A stretch of DNA of 30,593 bases from Vermamoeba vermiformis (Eukaryota), in the NCBI GenBank assembly GCA_045837725.1, contig JBEWZL010000301.1, positions 62,001-92,593 on the forward strand, read 5' to 3'. The position numbers and the translations under genes were made by a program. Positions 12,054 through 22,610 of this stretch are shown one piece after another (the stretch's first letter is position 1; each line of letters opens with the position of its first letter). Below the pieces are notes generated by a model, which saw nothing but the letters and a program-made list of their open reading frames with translations, was not told the DNA's origin and did no database searches.

Positions 12054-13894
12054 TTAAGCTTTTTTACTAGCGTAGACTTGAAATAGCAGGCGAAGAAGAA
12101 TTGCAGCGCATAATTTGGCTGCAAAAGAAAACGATACAACTCTGCACATTTGCAAGGAAAATAATTCCCGGAAAGTTATTCCGAATATTCGCGCTGTTAG
12201 TATTAAGTACACTGTAGCACCAAAGAGGTACTTAAGATTGTGCCCCAATAATATGATGCTCTTATTAGCAGACCATACTATAGTATCTGATATCATCGTA
12301 TTTGGTAGCACTATTAGCGATGAATATATTGCTAATAGCACGCAGAAGCTCGTAAGAATTTTTCGCACCGGATCCACTTTTTGTTGCTTCAAGTAGCCCG
12401 ATCCAACTTCAGCATAAGCATAAAATACTGCGGTCCATAAGAAATTTCCTATTGTTTCGTATATTGGTACGTAGAAAGTGCTGTTGTTGTTAACGTACTG
12501 GCTGGATCCAACGGTGAACGTGAACCAAATTGCTGCCGCTAATTCATACAGAAAGATCGATCGGTGGTCCTTATTAGATGAAAGTGCAAATACGACTAGT
12601 ATCACTATAATTGTTGAATAGAAGGTCCACGAAGGTAACAGCGGAGTTATGAACGAGCAGATCCACGGCCAGATCAGCAAAGATATAACCGGTACAAGTA
12701 TATCCGCTGAATTTGCAAATAACCCCACTAAATATATATCATTAGTATTAACAATATAAAGACAAAACAGTCGCTTACGTGTCCAAATTAGCGGATCTTC
12801 AATGTGGTACTCGATCAGGCGCAATCGATAGACCGGATCTCGTAACGTTAAAGCTACAGGCACCGCCGTTAAAAATTCTCCGAGATTGAAAGTCAATTTC
12901 ACCGGGCTGTCTGAGAGACGAGGCAGCGGTACTGTGATTGGTCGTCGAATGAGGTACTGTTCGTAGTCTGTGTCGTAGAGCGTAATGCAGTTTCGATATT
13001 TGTTGTCATAAGTATTATTCGTAGTAATGCCTTCAACTTGCACTACAAAACTAAAAAATACGTCGTTATGTAAGAATTATTTTTTTCTATTAATTAACAA
13101 ATGATAAAAAATACGTACTCGCTAAAATTGTCCGTTGTAGCAGCTGAAGATTTTCTAAGATTTCGTAGGATATTTGTGTCTTTTAATTCCACGAAATATT
13201 TCCCGCGCTTTTCTGCCGCGCAAACGTTTCTATTTAATTCTTTTGTAACCAAAATTGGCTCCTGTCAATCAATACGTAATTAGGTCTTAGTCTATTATAA
13301 TAGTCAATCTTATTATATTACTTCTTTTTCTACCCATTTTTGCTGCGCTGCATCGTAGTAGAAATTATTACTGGAGGCAAAATCACTGTCACAGTTACAA
13401 GCTTCAAGCAACGATTTTAATAAGTCTCTAGCAATATGATCATTAATATATTAGTATTATATATATATGATTATAGTGTACCTTCCCTCTTTGGCACGGC
13501 GCAGCACAAAGTAGTCCAAGTCGCGATCCGAAATTAAAGATCGCCAGTACTTGCTAACTTCTCGGCTCCGAATAGCATTGGATATATCGGATTTTATTAT
13601 CTTTAGTAAAATCTCCTATTGTTGAAAAGAAAATTAATGCTGATGTCAGCACGTCGGATTTGTTTTTTAACTTATTTAATTTCAAATTTCTTATGTGCGA
13701 TTGTAACATAATATAATTATCGGATTTTTTCGTATATTTACCTGCGGTAGCACTGTATCAATAAGAGCTTCACTTGGGGCGATAACCTTAGTTAGATCTA
13801 ATTTTTTCGTCGTGCTTCGACGTTTGTTGCGTCTATCGAGAGCAAATTTTGCTATTAATGCTAAGGTTACTATATAAGCCAGCAATATTAACAT
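12054..13894 (-). CDS. F-box protein with N-terminal signal anchor and C-terminal multi-pass membrane region, multi-exon
   Basis: ATG 13894 MLILLAYIVTLALIAKFAL (hydrophobic); across the first intron LPQ|EILLKIIKSDISNAIRSREVSKYWRSLI fits the F-box consensus; the last exon (ORF 12054-13043) has several hydrophobic helices. Confidence 0.7.
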
Positions 13895-14368
13895 GTTTAG
13901 GTACTGTGGTGATGCAAACAAAGCAGGTGTCAAAATAACGGGATATGAAAGGTGAATACACCAAAAATCGTTATGACGACGTTAGCATAAAAACAGTACC
14001 TAGCAGACTGCCGTTGTCTTATGGATGATGTCGGGACAGTTACTCGGATGCTCTCTATCCGAAACCAAAACTGATCGACTGGACCTGATTAATTTAAATA
14101 ATTTAAAATAATTCAGAAAAATCTTGAATGGGCGGATTTGAATTACAGTCTAATTATCGTAGCTATTCATAATTTTCCTTTTGAAAATAAAATTTGCCAA
14201 GCGGATTTAAACCTCACTTACCTCAACCGGTTTATGGTTATCTTTCTTTAGTAGACTATACAAAATTGAATTATACAACAACGGTGCTGCATTTCACGAT
14301 ATTATTGCATCAAATACACGTATTTGTGTTAGTTAAAATTGCGTACAAAAAAAAACTTGATCTGAATG

Positions 14369-14399
14369 AACGATAACTATTGTAAAATCAAATAAATGC
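14369..14399 (+). repeat. Candidate left terminal inverted repeat, preceded by AATG
   Basis: 26/31 match to the reverse complement of 21091-21121. Confidence 0.55.
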
Positions 14400-14671
14400 G
14401 TTATAGATTATTTATAAATAATTAACTATTTAATCTATCGTAATATTGTGTTAAAATGATAGTCACTCATGGATCTGACCGCCGAATCTAGGCAACGGCA
14501 GATCGTGAAAAAATTTATTCACTAAAAAGGGACCTGTTTTAAAGACTTACATCCTAAGCTTAGACTTAGCAGTTTCCAAAATATGACGCTTATTTGAGGT
14601 GTTTGTGCGGAGAATCGGCCCTGAACTTTTTGATTTTGGATCAAAGACCGACGTAGTCAACCACAAGAAAA

Positions 14672-15879
14672 ATGACTGACCGCATTGTTTATGATTATGT
14701 TAATGTTCCTTATGGGAAACCTATGGAAGAGACGATTGATTTACCTGCCCTGACGGAAGAGGAATTAAAAGAGTATCGGACCGTAACGACAAGGTAATAA
14801 ATAATTTTAAATAATTTAATATTGGTAAAATATCAATCTTCCGTTGACCCAATGAAATATTATGATTTGCCAATTATTATTTTAATTCTTTAATTTTTTT
14901 TAGCGCCGTTTTCAAGGACGATTATGGCAGTACTGCCATAGCTTTTTTCCAAGGGGTGCTCGAGAAAAAGACTGTCGATGACGCCAAAAAAGCTGCCCAG
15001 TCGTTGTTAAAAAATTTAAAGATATCTCAACCTGGGACTAGCGCGCATACAGGCGAATGGCGAAAGAGCAGCGATTGGATATTCAAAACCAAAGACACAG
15101 TCAACGGTGAAGAGTACTACAAACGAGTTAACCGAAAGCCCTTTTGGCAGAATGCTGCCACAAAAAAGATCGTCAAAAAAGTTGATAACTACTTTTCAAG
15201 AACAGCGAGCGATTTATGCGAGGCATATAAAAGAATCAACGCAGAACGCATTTACGGAGGCTCGTACCTCATGTGCGTTATCAACACTGGGGTAGTTGGG
15301 CCTCATTACGACGAGAAAGACGAAATTGAAGGACTTTGCTGTGTCGTTCCAATGGGCGTATTTGATGGTGGCGACCTGGTGTTCCGACAACAGAAGCTTC
15401 GTTTTCAAGTACGAACAGGAGACATCATCTTCTTCCGCTCTCGCGAGTTGATGCACGAGAACTTACCTTGCACCGGAGAGCGATATTCGTTAGTCTTCAC
15501 TACTGACCACGACTCGTTTACGGAATTTGGTCAACCTGCTCGTCAGTACATGCATTGGAAGCAACCAAAGTTAAACAGTCACACCACTATTGAAGCACAA
15601 GGATTCAAACCCGAAGACGTACCCGAGTTACGCAAAACAAAGGTTGTTGTTATCGACAAGGTGTACACAAAACTAACGCGTGCAAATACACCACGAACAA
15701 AATTTGGTACGTTAAAGCTACCCTCACAAGATGGAAACCCAAGGGCACCAATTTCTCTTCGAAAAAATGCCAAGAAAAAAAAGAAGGCAACGAAGAGAAA
15801 GAGAAAAGAGATCGACGATGACGAGAGCCATTCTGAAGAAATATTGCTCGAAACAAAAAGACGGCGTATACAAAAATAA
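14672..15879 (+). CDS. TET/JBP-like 2-oxoglutarate/Fe(II) dioxygenase (Naegleria Tet1-like), 2 exons, 365 aa
   Basis: Exon 1 14672-14793, GT-AG intron 14794-14903, exon 2 14904-15879, in frame. HxD at PHYDEKD (His 15304, Asp 15310), strands GLCCVVPMGVFDGGDLVF and GDIIFFRS, distal His (15454), then Arg (15481) in HENLPCTGERYSLVF. C-terminal basic clusters KKKKKATKRKRK and KRRRIQK. Confidence 0.8.
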
Positions 15880-15880
15880 T

Positions 15881-17221
15881 TTATTTGTTACGATAAAAGA
15901 AGAACGATAATAAATTGTTAATTTCCATTTGGTATTGATTACGAGTGTAGAGCTCTTTCATATAATAAAATAAATCCAAATTATTCGGCAAAGTTGACAA
16001 ATTAGCTGATGCTAGTGGAAGCGAGGGCAGCAATTGGGGAGGTAATGAAGGTTGAGGCATGCTGAGCGACTGGGCATTATTTTGACTTTGCAAGTCGGGG
16101 GTCTTAAGCGGTGGCAACAGGGCTGGCTCATTGTCTACTGACCTCGGCAGAGGTAACAATGACTCCTCGTGACCCTCCTCTTGCTTTGTCTCAGGAGGAG
16201 TTTGAACCAACTTCTTTTTTTGCTTGTACCGCCTCTTGGTGAGCTTATATTCACCTGATGCATCATCGCTTATAGAACGATCAACAACAACACGTGTCTT
16301 CTTTCTTCGGGTCATAGATTTTGACTTCGCAGCTGCCGTTGGACTTGCCGTCTTTTGATTTTTTCTTGCTCCTTGCGATCTTGTCACCCGTCGTTCAGGG
16401 CCAGGAGTGCTTTTTTGCTCTACTTTCTTTGTTACTCGGGCCTTTTCTTGTTTTGAGGGTGGTACTACTTCCTCTTTAGAATGTGTTCGTTCTGGTGAAG
16501 ACTACTAGGATTAAAAATTTGTTAATTAATTTGAGCTTACTTTATGTGTGACTTCTCCAGACAGAAATTGTTGCCAAATTGTCGTCAATTGTTCGTTTTG
16601 CTCGGATGGGATTTGTGCCGGGTCTGAAAATTTTCTGAACTGCTTAACGTCAAGCAAACACACCTCGTCAAACTTTTCTGTTGTTGCAACTATCCTTGGA
16701 CTTAAACCCTTTCAAACCATAGTTACAAATTATAAAAATAATTAAAATAATTGTTAAGTAATCGTTCTTACCCTTTCAATTGCTAAAATTATATATGTAG
16801 TGCTTCCTTCATTCAGTAGAATGCGATTGCCAGAACCAAGAGCAATTTTAGAGTTGGGAAGTAAAACAGAACCGTAGTAACGACCATTGATTGCACTTCC
16901 ATTGTAGCGTGCAGTACTATGAAGTTCGTCTATCAAAGTTTAGCATGTGGCAACCCTATTATTTGCTTGTACCGCTATCTTCATCCTTTTTCACGTTGGA
17001 TTTCTCTTCATCTAGTTTTTTTATTGATAAATTTGGCTTGGTTTCCTCTTTCAAAGTAGTTAAATCTGCTTCTTATATAATATATTAATTCGTCTAGTAG
17101 GTAAAAACATGTAGCTTTTTTTTACAAGCCAGATCTTACCGAGAGCAACCTGAGTACTTGTTGGTAAATCATCATTCTTAGTAGTTTCTTCATTACTTAT
17201 TGAGGACTCATCAGCACTCAT
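15881..17221 (-). CDS. Hypothetical protein, about 5 exons: acidic N-terminus, small globular middle region, basic and Pro-rich C-terminus
   Basis: Phase-compatible GT-AG splicing gives MSADESSISNEETT...DELHSTARYNGSAINGRYYGSVLLPNSKIALGSGNRILLNEGSTTYIILAIER|GLSPRIVATTEKFDEVCLLDV...IWQQFLSGEVTHK|SSPERT...TRRKKTR...LLSFFFYRNK*. The start could lie further upstream. Confidence 0.65.
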
Positions 17222-17433
17222 TGTTATGGTTGTGTGTATCCCAATCAAAACGTTACTATCATAAGTAGTTTTACTTTGCCGACATGCATTTTCGAAGCTT
17301 CCTTTCCTTTTTTGGAAATTCAACGAGCAATTTTTTCCCTGCTTTACCAAGCCTTCGTTAGCATTAAAATCAGGTAGAACCACCACAACATACTTTGGAA
17401 AGTGATATACTTGCAATATAATATCAAAATAAT

Positions 17434-20400
17434 ATGGCAGATAATATACTAGGTAAGATCTTAAGAGTTGCTGTTCGGATCTTGATTTCTAAATATTTTT
17501 TTACTTCGGCACATAACTTATCTTTTTTAACAAGATTAATTAAGTCTATATCTTACCTCTGTTGTGTAATTGGCTAGGCAATTATGCAATGTCGGATTAA
17601 ATCTGAGCATTTTTACATTAGGTATCGAAATCGAAGGAGCGACAGTAAGTTTTAAGCATTACGCACATGATTTTTAATTTATTTAGCCCATTCCAAGTGA
17701 TTTACAAGGGTTTGTATGGGGATCCGGAGGTTGAACTATTTTGTTACAAGCATAATTCTAACCGGTGTACAGGAATTATCAACTTGTGTACCATGGAAAC
17801 ATTGTGCTTTATATTTAAACAAGCCCTAGTGGTATACAACATGGTAGTTGATTGTGAATTTTTTCGACTATTGCGCAACACTCTGGATGCCGTTACATTT
17901 GATCAACTACACACCAGTAAATTACCAATAATTCAGTTTTTCCAAAAGCTGTGTCCTACTTGGGTGCCAGGAAGATACGTTGGCGTAAATGAATTACTAA
18001 ATCCTTTAATCAAATCGGAGCTTGTTTTCAAGACCAAATTTGAGCTTTGCTTCACCAAGTCAGTCAACTGTGATTGTGGCCAAGAAGTTCAAACTCTCTT
18101 TAGCAACTCTCTGGTGGTATCTGAAGATTACTTGAAACAAACAAATTCAGTTACTGCATCAATAAGAAGATCAATGTTTCGAGAGCAAGACTTAGCAGGT
18201 GTCTGTTGCTTTTGTCACTCACCAAGGCACTTGAAAGGTAGATAAACTGTTTCAAAACTAACTTTAACCAACCTTCTTTAGAATCAATAACAAAGCTTCC
18301 AGACTTGTTGGTTGTGGAGTTTGACACTGGACATCAAAACTATCTGTCTTCTACATTTGATATTGAACAAATTGTTCGCTTAGAAGATGGAGATTTTTCA
18401 TTATTGGGGGCATTGAGAATTGATGGGAATCATACTACTGGATTCTTTCATAAAAATGGTCGAGTGCATGTTTATGATGGCTTAAAAAATGAGGGTAAAG
18501 CAATGGAGCTGCAGTACTCTAAAATGCACTATCTACCCTTGGAAGATTTTAAATATATAACACACTTGATTTACATTCGTACTGCCAATTTTGCCAAAGG
18601 TAATAACATTAAATTCAAGCTTACTACTCTGTTGACATGCTAATGTACTTCTTAGACTTGGTTCTTTCAGATAGCAGTCAATTACTATTCTCACAAATCA
18701 ATGCAGCAAAAAAACTCACTCCTCTTGGAGATAGTGGCTCAACCTCCAATGAATTGGCAACTGTCGAAGCTACCTCATTATTTAGTAGAATGAATCAAAC
18801 AGTCAATAACACAAAGAGTAGCTCTTTGGCTAAACAATCCATGTTGAAAAAGAAGTTAACCCAAGAACATGCCTCAAAAAGTATGTGCATCTACCGTTAA
18901 CTATAGAGCATAATGCTAAATACTGCTTTAGGTTTACGTTTTAAGTGCTGCACAAATGAGTGCTGTTCTAAATTTGATCTATTCCAAGTCGTACATTATC
19001 GAAACCAATTACTACAAGACAACCATTTCAATTCGAACTTTATTAAATCCTACATTCGACAACATGCCAACAACGAAACTATTTCTTGGCAATTTGGAGG
19101 GTTAGAAGTTTGCCAAGCAGCATGGTACACACTATATGGATTTTCGTCAGTTAAATTTTTTAAAGCAAAAAAAGAAGAATTACAAGGTAAACTCTGCATT
19201 ACTTGAATTGTCATTAATATTGTTTAGGGTCTTATCAAGTGCTTCACGGGAACTATTTTCGAGAATATCCAAAGCCAAAGAGTATTAGTGTAAGCGCATG
19301 GCTTACAAACTACTGTGAAAAGTATGGAGATTATGTTCCTACAATCAATGAAATACATTTAAGTGGCAATTTAAGGTAAGTAACGTTACAATTTGCTGTA
19401 AGCCTTTAATTGTATGTGCAAGTTTACAAGAGTGGTATGAAGAGTATCATGCTGAAGCATCAGTCACTTTGGGTGACGTAGCAAGTTTTAAAACCTTTTG
19501 CTATGTTCGTAATTCCCAATTTTCGCATGTGAAGTTTCCAAAAGTTACTAGACTGGGCAAGTGCTCCATTTGTGTTTCAAATAGAAAATCAAGATTACTT
19601 TGTAGTAACCTTGAAGACATCATATCATTGAAATCTGAGTTAAAGGCACACTTTAGCGTTACTGCCGGAGAAAAACAACAGTACCATGGCAGAAAGATAA
19701 AAGCCAGGCAATATCCAACTGCAATTTTGTCATTTATTAGTGATAAAACAAAAGATGTAGAAATTCCAACTACCAACCCTCTACCAAAATCATGGACAAG
19801 AGTAAAAAGACATCCAGTTGGAATTATGGGCATTTTAAATCATTCGTTAGGAACCAAAGAATTTGTTTTGTTTTCCCCAGAACAGTGGACCTTGGACTCA
19901 AACTTTTTTCTAACAATTTTACATAACTCGATTATGAACTCTCTAAAAGCTTACAAGGCAGAAAGGCCCAGAGTTTTATATATACAAACAGATAACTGCA
20001 GTGCAGAGTCAAAAAACCAGTATTTATTAGCATATTTGGCTCTACTAGTCGAGTACAAAATTTTCGATGAGATTTACTTCCACACTCTAATTCCTGGTCA
20101 TACTCATGAAGATATAGACCAACTATTCAGCGTTCTGCACCAAAAATTAGAAACTGCTACTATTGAAACAATATCACGACTAATCAACTTCATGGAAACA
20201 AAAGTTTTCTCAAGTCGTCCAATTGTAACATGGATTCGAGCTGTGTATGATTGGAAACAATGGATGTCTGGTTTTTGTAACAAAATATCTGGTCACAAAT
20301 CACCACATGCTTTCTTAATTAAGAATGGTTCTGACTCTAAGGTGCACCTATATTATAAAAAGTACTCTCAAGATATGGAATGGTTGGGAGACCATAATCA

Positions 20401-21086
20401 AAATGTCATTTTCAATTCAAAACCTGCAGCATGGCCAAATATCCTTCATCAAAACCAGTTTGATCATGAAGCAATTAAAAAGATGGTAGATCAATGCAGG
20501 TCACACATCTCCGAAACGGTAAGTTTAAAACTTTGAAAAGCAATTAACAACCTTTAGAGTGTTCAATGGTGGCAACATATTGATAAATCAGTTAAAGTCC
20601 TACCTTGTTTGTCAATTACACCCAATCCATTTGCTGATTTTCAAATATCTTCTGTTGTTCAACATGAATTCAAAGTTGTTTCAACACAAACACCAGTTAT
20701 AAAAGTAACAAAACCAAGGCAAAAAAGAAAGCCAGAAGGTTTGTACTGTTTATTATATAGAACGGTTCTAATCATTTCTAGATTGGCCTACAGGAGCTGT
20801 GAAAAAGCTTCGTTCTGCAAAAGTAAAGGATGATTTGTTGGATTTATTGGCAAGCCTTAGTAAATCCTTTGAAGCTAGTCTGCATTATCCTATTCCAACT
20901 CTACAACAATCTCTTCGCAACTTACTAGGGTTTGGATCTCCCTTTATAACCAACATTTCAATGAACAAAGAGTTTGAAGAAGAAATTGGATCACTAAGGT
21001 CAAGAATTGAAGCACTACAGTATTTACATACACTGTTAGAAGATTATGACAGCATTGTAAAAGATTTGAAGCTCAAAAAAAAGTAA
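17434..21086 (+). CDS. USP-like cysteine peptidase fused to a Sola-type DDD transposase, 11 exons, ~1025 aa, apparently intact
   Basis: Exons 17434-17452, 17622-17644, 17687-17729, 17773-18237, 18282-18599, 18656-18880, 18932-19186, 19228-19375, 19423-20518, 20558-20738, 20782-21086 (3078 nt, all GT-AG, no internal stop). Peptidase motifs: INLCTMET, CDCG...CCFC, LPDLLVVEF, LLGALRIDGNHTTG...VYDGL, LIYIR. Transposase motifs: CC..C, VCQAAWYTLYGFS, HGN, WL...GDYVP...IHL, KCSIC...H, ISDKT, YIQTDNCSAESKNQY, PGHTHEDIDQLFS. Confidence 0.85.
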
Positions 21087-21090
21087 ATTT

Positions 21091-21121
21091 GCCTTTATTT
21101 GGTTTTACATTAGTTGCCGTT
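21091..21121 (-). repeat. Candidate right terminal inverted repeat, followed by AATG
   Basis: Starts 5 bp after the transposase stop codon; 26/31 inverted match to 14369-14399. Confidence 0.55.
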
Positions 21122-21154
21122 AATGTTCAACGACTTTCGGTTCAAAGAGTAAAT

Positions 21155-22610
21155 TTACAACTTCGAAGCAGTACTAGGTGGGTCTAATTTAAATACACGA
21201 CAGGCGGTCTTCCACAAGAACTTGTCTTTGGCATCCGACGAGAGGCCTAAAGTATCGACATTTTTCAACGTCTTCTCAAGATTCAATTGCGGAAAATTCG
21301 TGCCAAACATCACTAATATAACCTTATTAGCACTTGTATAATATTGTTTATATTAAAAGTCGTACCTTTGTCAGATCCATAAGTCTTCATATAATGAACT
21401 AATGCTGGCGGGAAGTATTTAGGATCATAAGCAGATGTATCTATAATATTATAAAGAGGCATTAATAAAATATTGTAATTTCCAAATAAGGATAAAATAC
21501 GTACCAATATAAACGTTTTGATGCTTCCAACAAACTGCAATCATTTCTTCGGTCCAAGGATAACTAATCAACAATAATAAGACCCCTTTTCATATCTATA
21601 TCATATATATATAATATTTTAATAGCTTACCCAAGATGACCGCCTACAATTTTCAACTGAGGAAAAGTTAGTGCAACTTCGTCAATGTACGGGATCGGAC
21701 GACCAGTCTCAGAAGGCATAAGAGGCCCTGTGTGCCCAACTTGACAACAAAATGGTATGTCTAATTCAATGCATTTGACATATAACGGATAATACAACTT
21801 GTCATTGGGAGGAAGTTTCCACATCCTGATCGCACGAGAGAAAAGTCATTAATAAAAACGAAATCATTCATTAGGATATAATTATTAGAATTCAATGCAT
21901 ATTTACCATGGAACTACTCGAAGAGCTTTAAAACCGTATTCTTTGACGCATTTTTCGAGTTCTTTGACTGCGGCGACTGGATCCGCCAAATTGACCGCCG
22001 CAACACCTTAAAACCAACAGAAATCAATAATGTATTTGAAATATCGTATAAATATGCATAGAAATTGTTAATAGGATACGTACCAATAAATCTTTGAGGG
22101 TTGTACTTGACGAACTCGTAGATTTCTTCGTTTGTAAGTGGATAGCATCCAGGACGCGACCTAAAATATGAATTATTATTCGATTTTAATCATTATAATA
22201 ATATTTACCACGCGGAAAGCATCATTCTGTCAATGTTCGCTTGATCCATCAATTTCAACAAAGCTTTTGGAGTCCATTTGACGCTGCCTATAAAGAATCG
22301 CTTAGTCAATAATAATTATAGTATTCATGGGTAATATTAGGTATATACACCATTTAAATCGGACCGATTTTGTGAAAGAAAAAATCTTTCCGTCGAAAAT
22401 ACTGGTGGGATCTGATATTATACCTGTTTTAATGGCCGTAAAAAGTTGTTCGTTGCCCTTTCCCGATATTTCTAGCAACCTCAGCGTCTCAGGCGCCAGG
22501 TTAAAGAAGTTCGAACCTACATCCAAATTTAATTCGGTATACTTTATTTGAAAGACACAATTATTACCTGCAGGCTGTGCCCAAACATCAATAGCTACTC
22601 TTTGTGCCAT
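21155..22610 (-). CDS. Amidohydrolase_2 family metal-dependent hydrolase/decarboxylase with C-terminal PTS1 (-SKL), multi-exon
   Basis: IDVWAQP; CQVGHTGPLMPSETGRPIPYIDEVALTFPQLKIVGGHLG|YPWTEEMIAVCWKHQNVYI|DTSAY; MFGTNFPQL; ends ...FKLDPPSTASKL* (stop 21155-21157). Confidence 0.9.

Larger units (their letters stand above)
14369..21121. mobile_element. Putative autonomous Sola-type DNA transposon (6753 bp) carrying a TET/JBP-like gene, an unknown ORF and a peptidase-transposase fusion
   Basis: Left end 14369-14399 AACGATAACTATTGTAAAATCAAATAAATGC vs reverse complement of 21091-21121 AACGGCAACTAATGTAAAACCAAATAAAGGC: 26/31 identical. Both are flanked directly by AATG (14365-14368 and 21122-21125). 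The interval contains a DDD transposase. The repeats are AT-rich, so the ends are provisional. Confidence 0.6.

Noticed and set aside
13934-14364. Extra upstream coding exons of the F-box gene, or ORF 14194-14376
   Set aside because: Splice-like signals exist, but all three minus-strand frames hit stops before the F-box exon; at most 5' UTR exons.
14637-14650. TTTGGATCAAAGA near 14635-14647 resembles TTCGGTTCAAAGA near 21136-21148 as a possible element boundary
   Set aside because: Only 11/13, in direct orientation, with no flanking duplication; the 14369/21121 inverted pair with AATG fits better.
19469-20536. Assignment of the TET-linked transposase to Kyakuja/Dileera/Zisupton or Plavaka
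   Set aside because: I do not see the KDZ-type motif pattern; DNCxxExKN, GHTHEDID and a 4-bp duplication fit Sola-type enzymes better. A profile search is needed to settle it.
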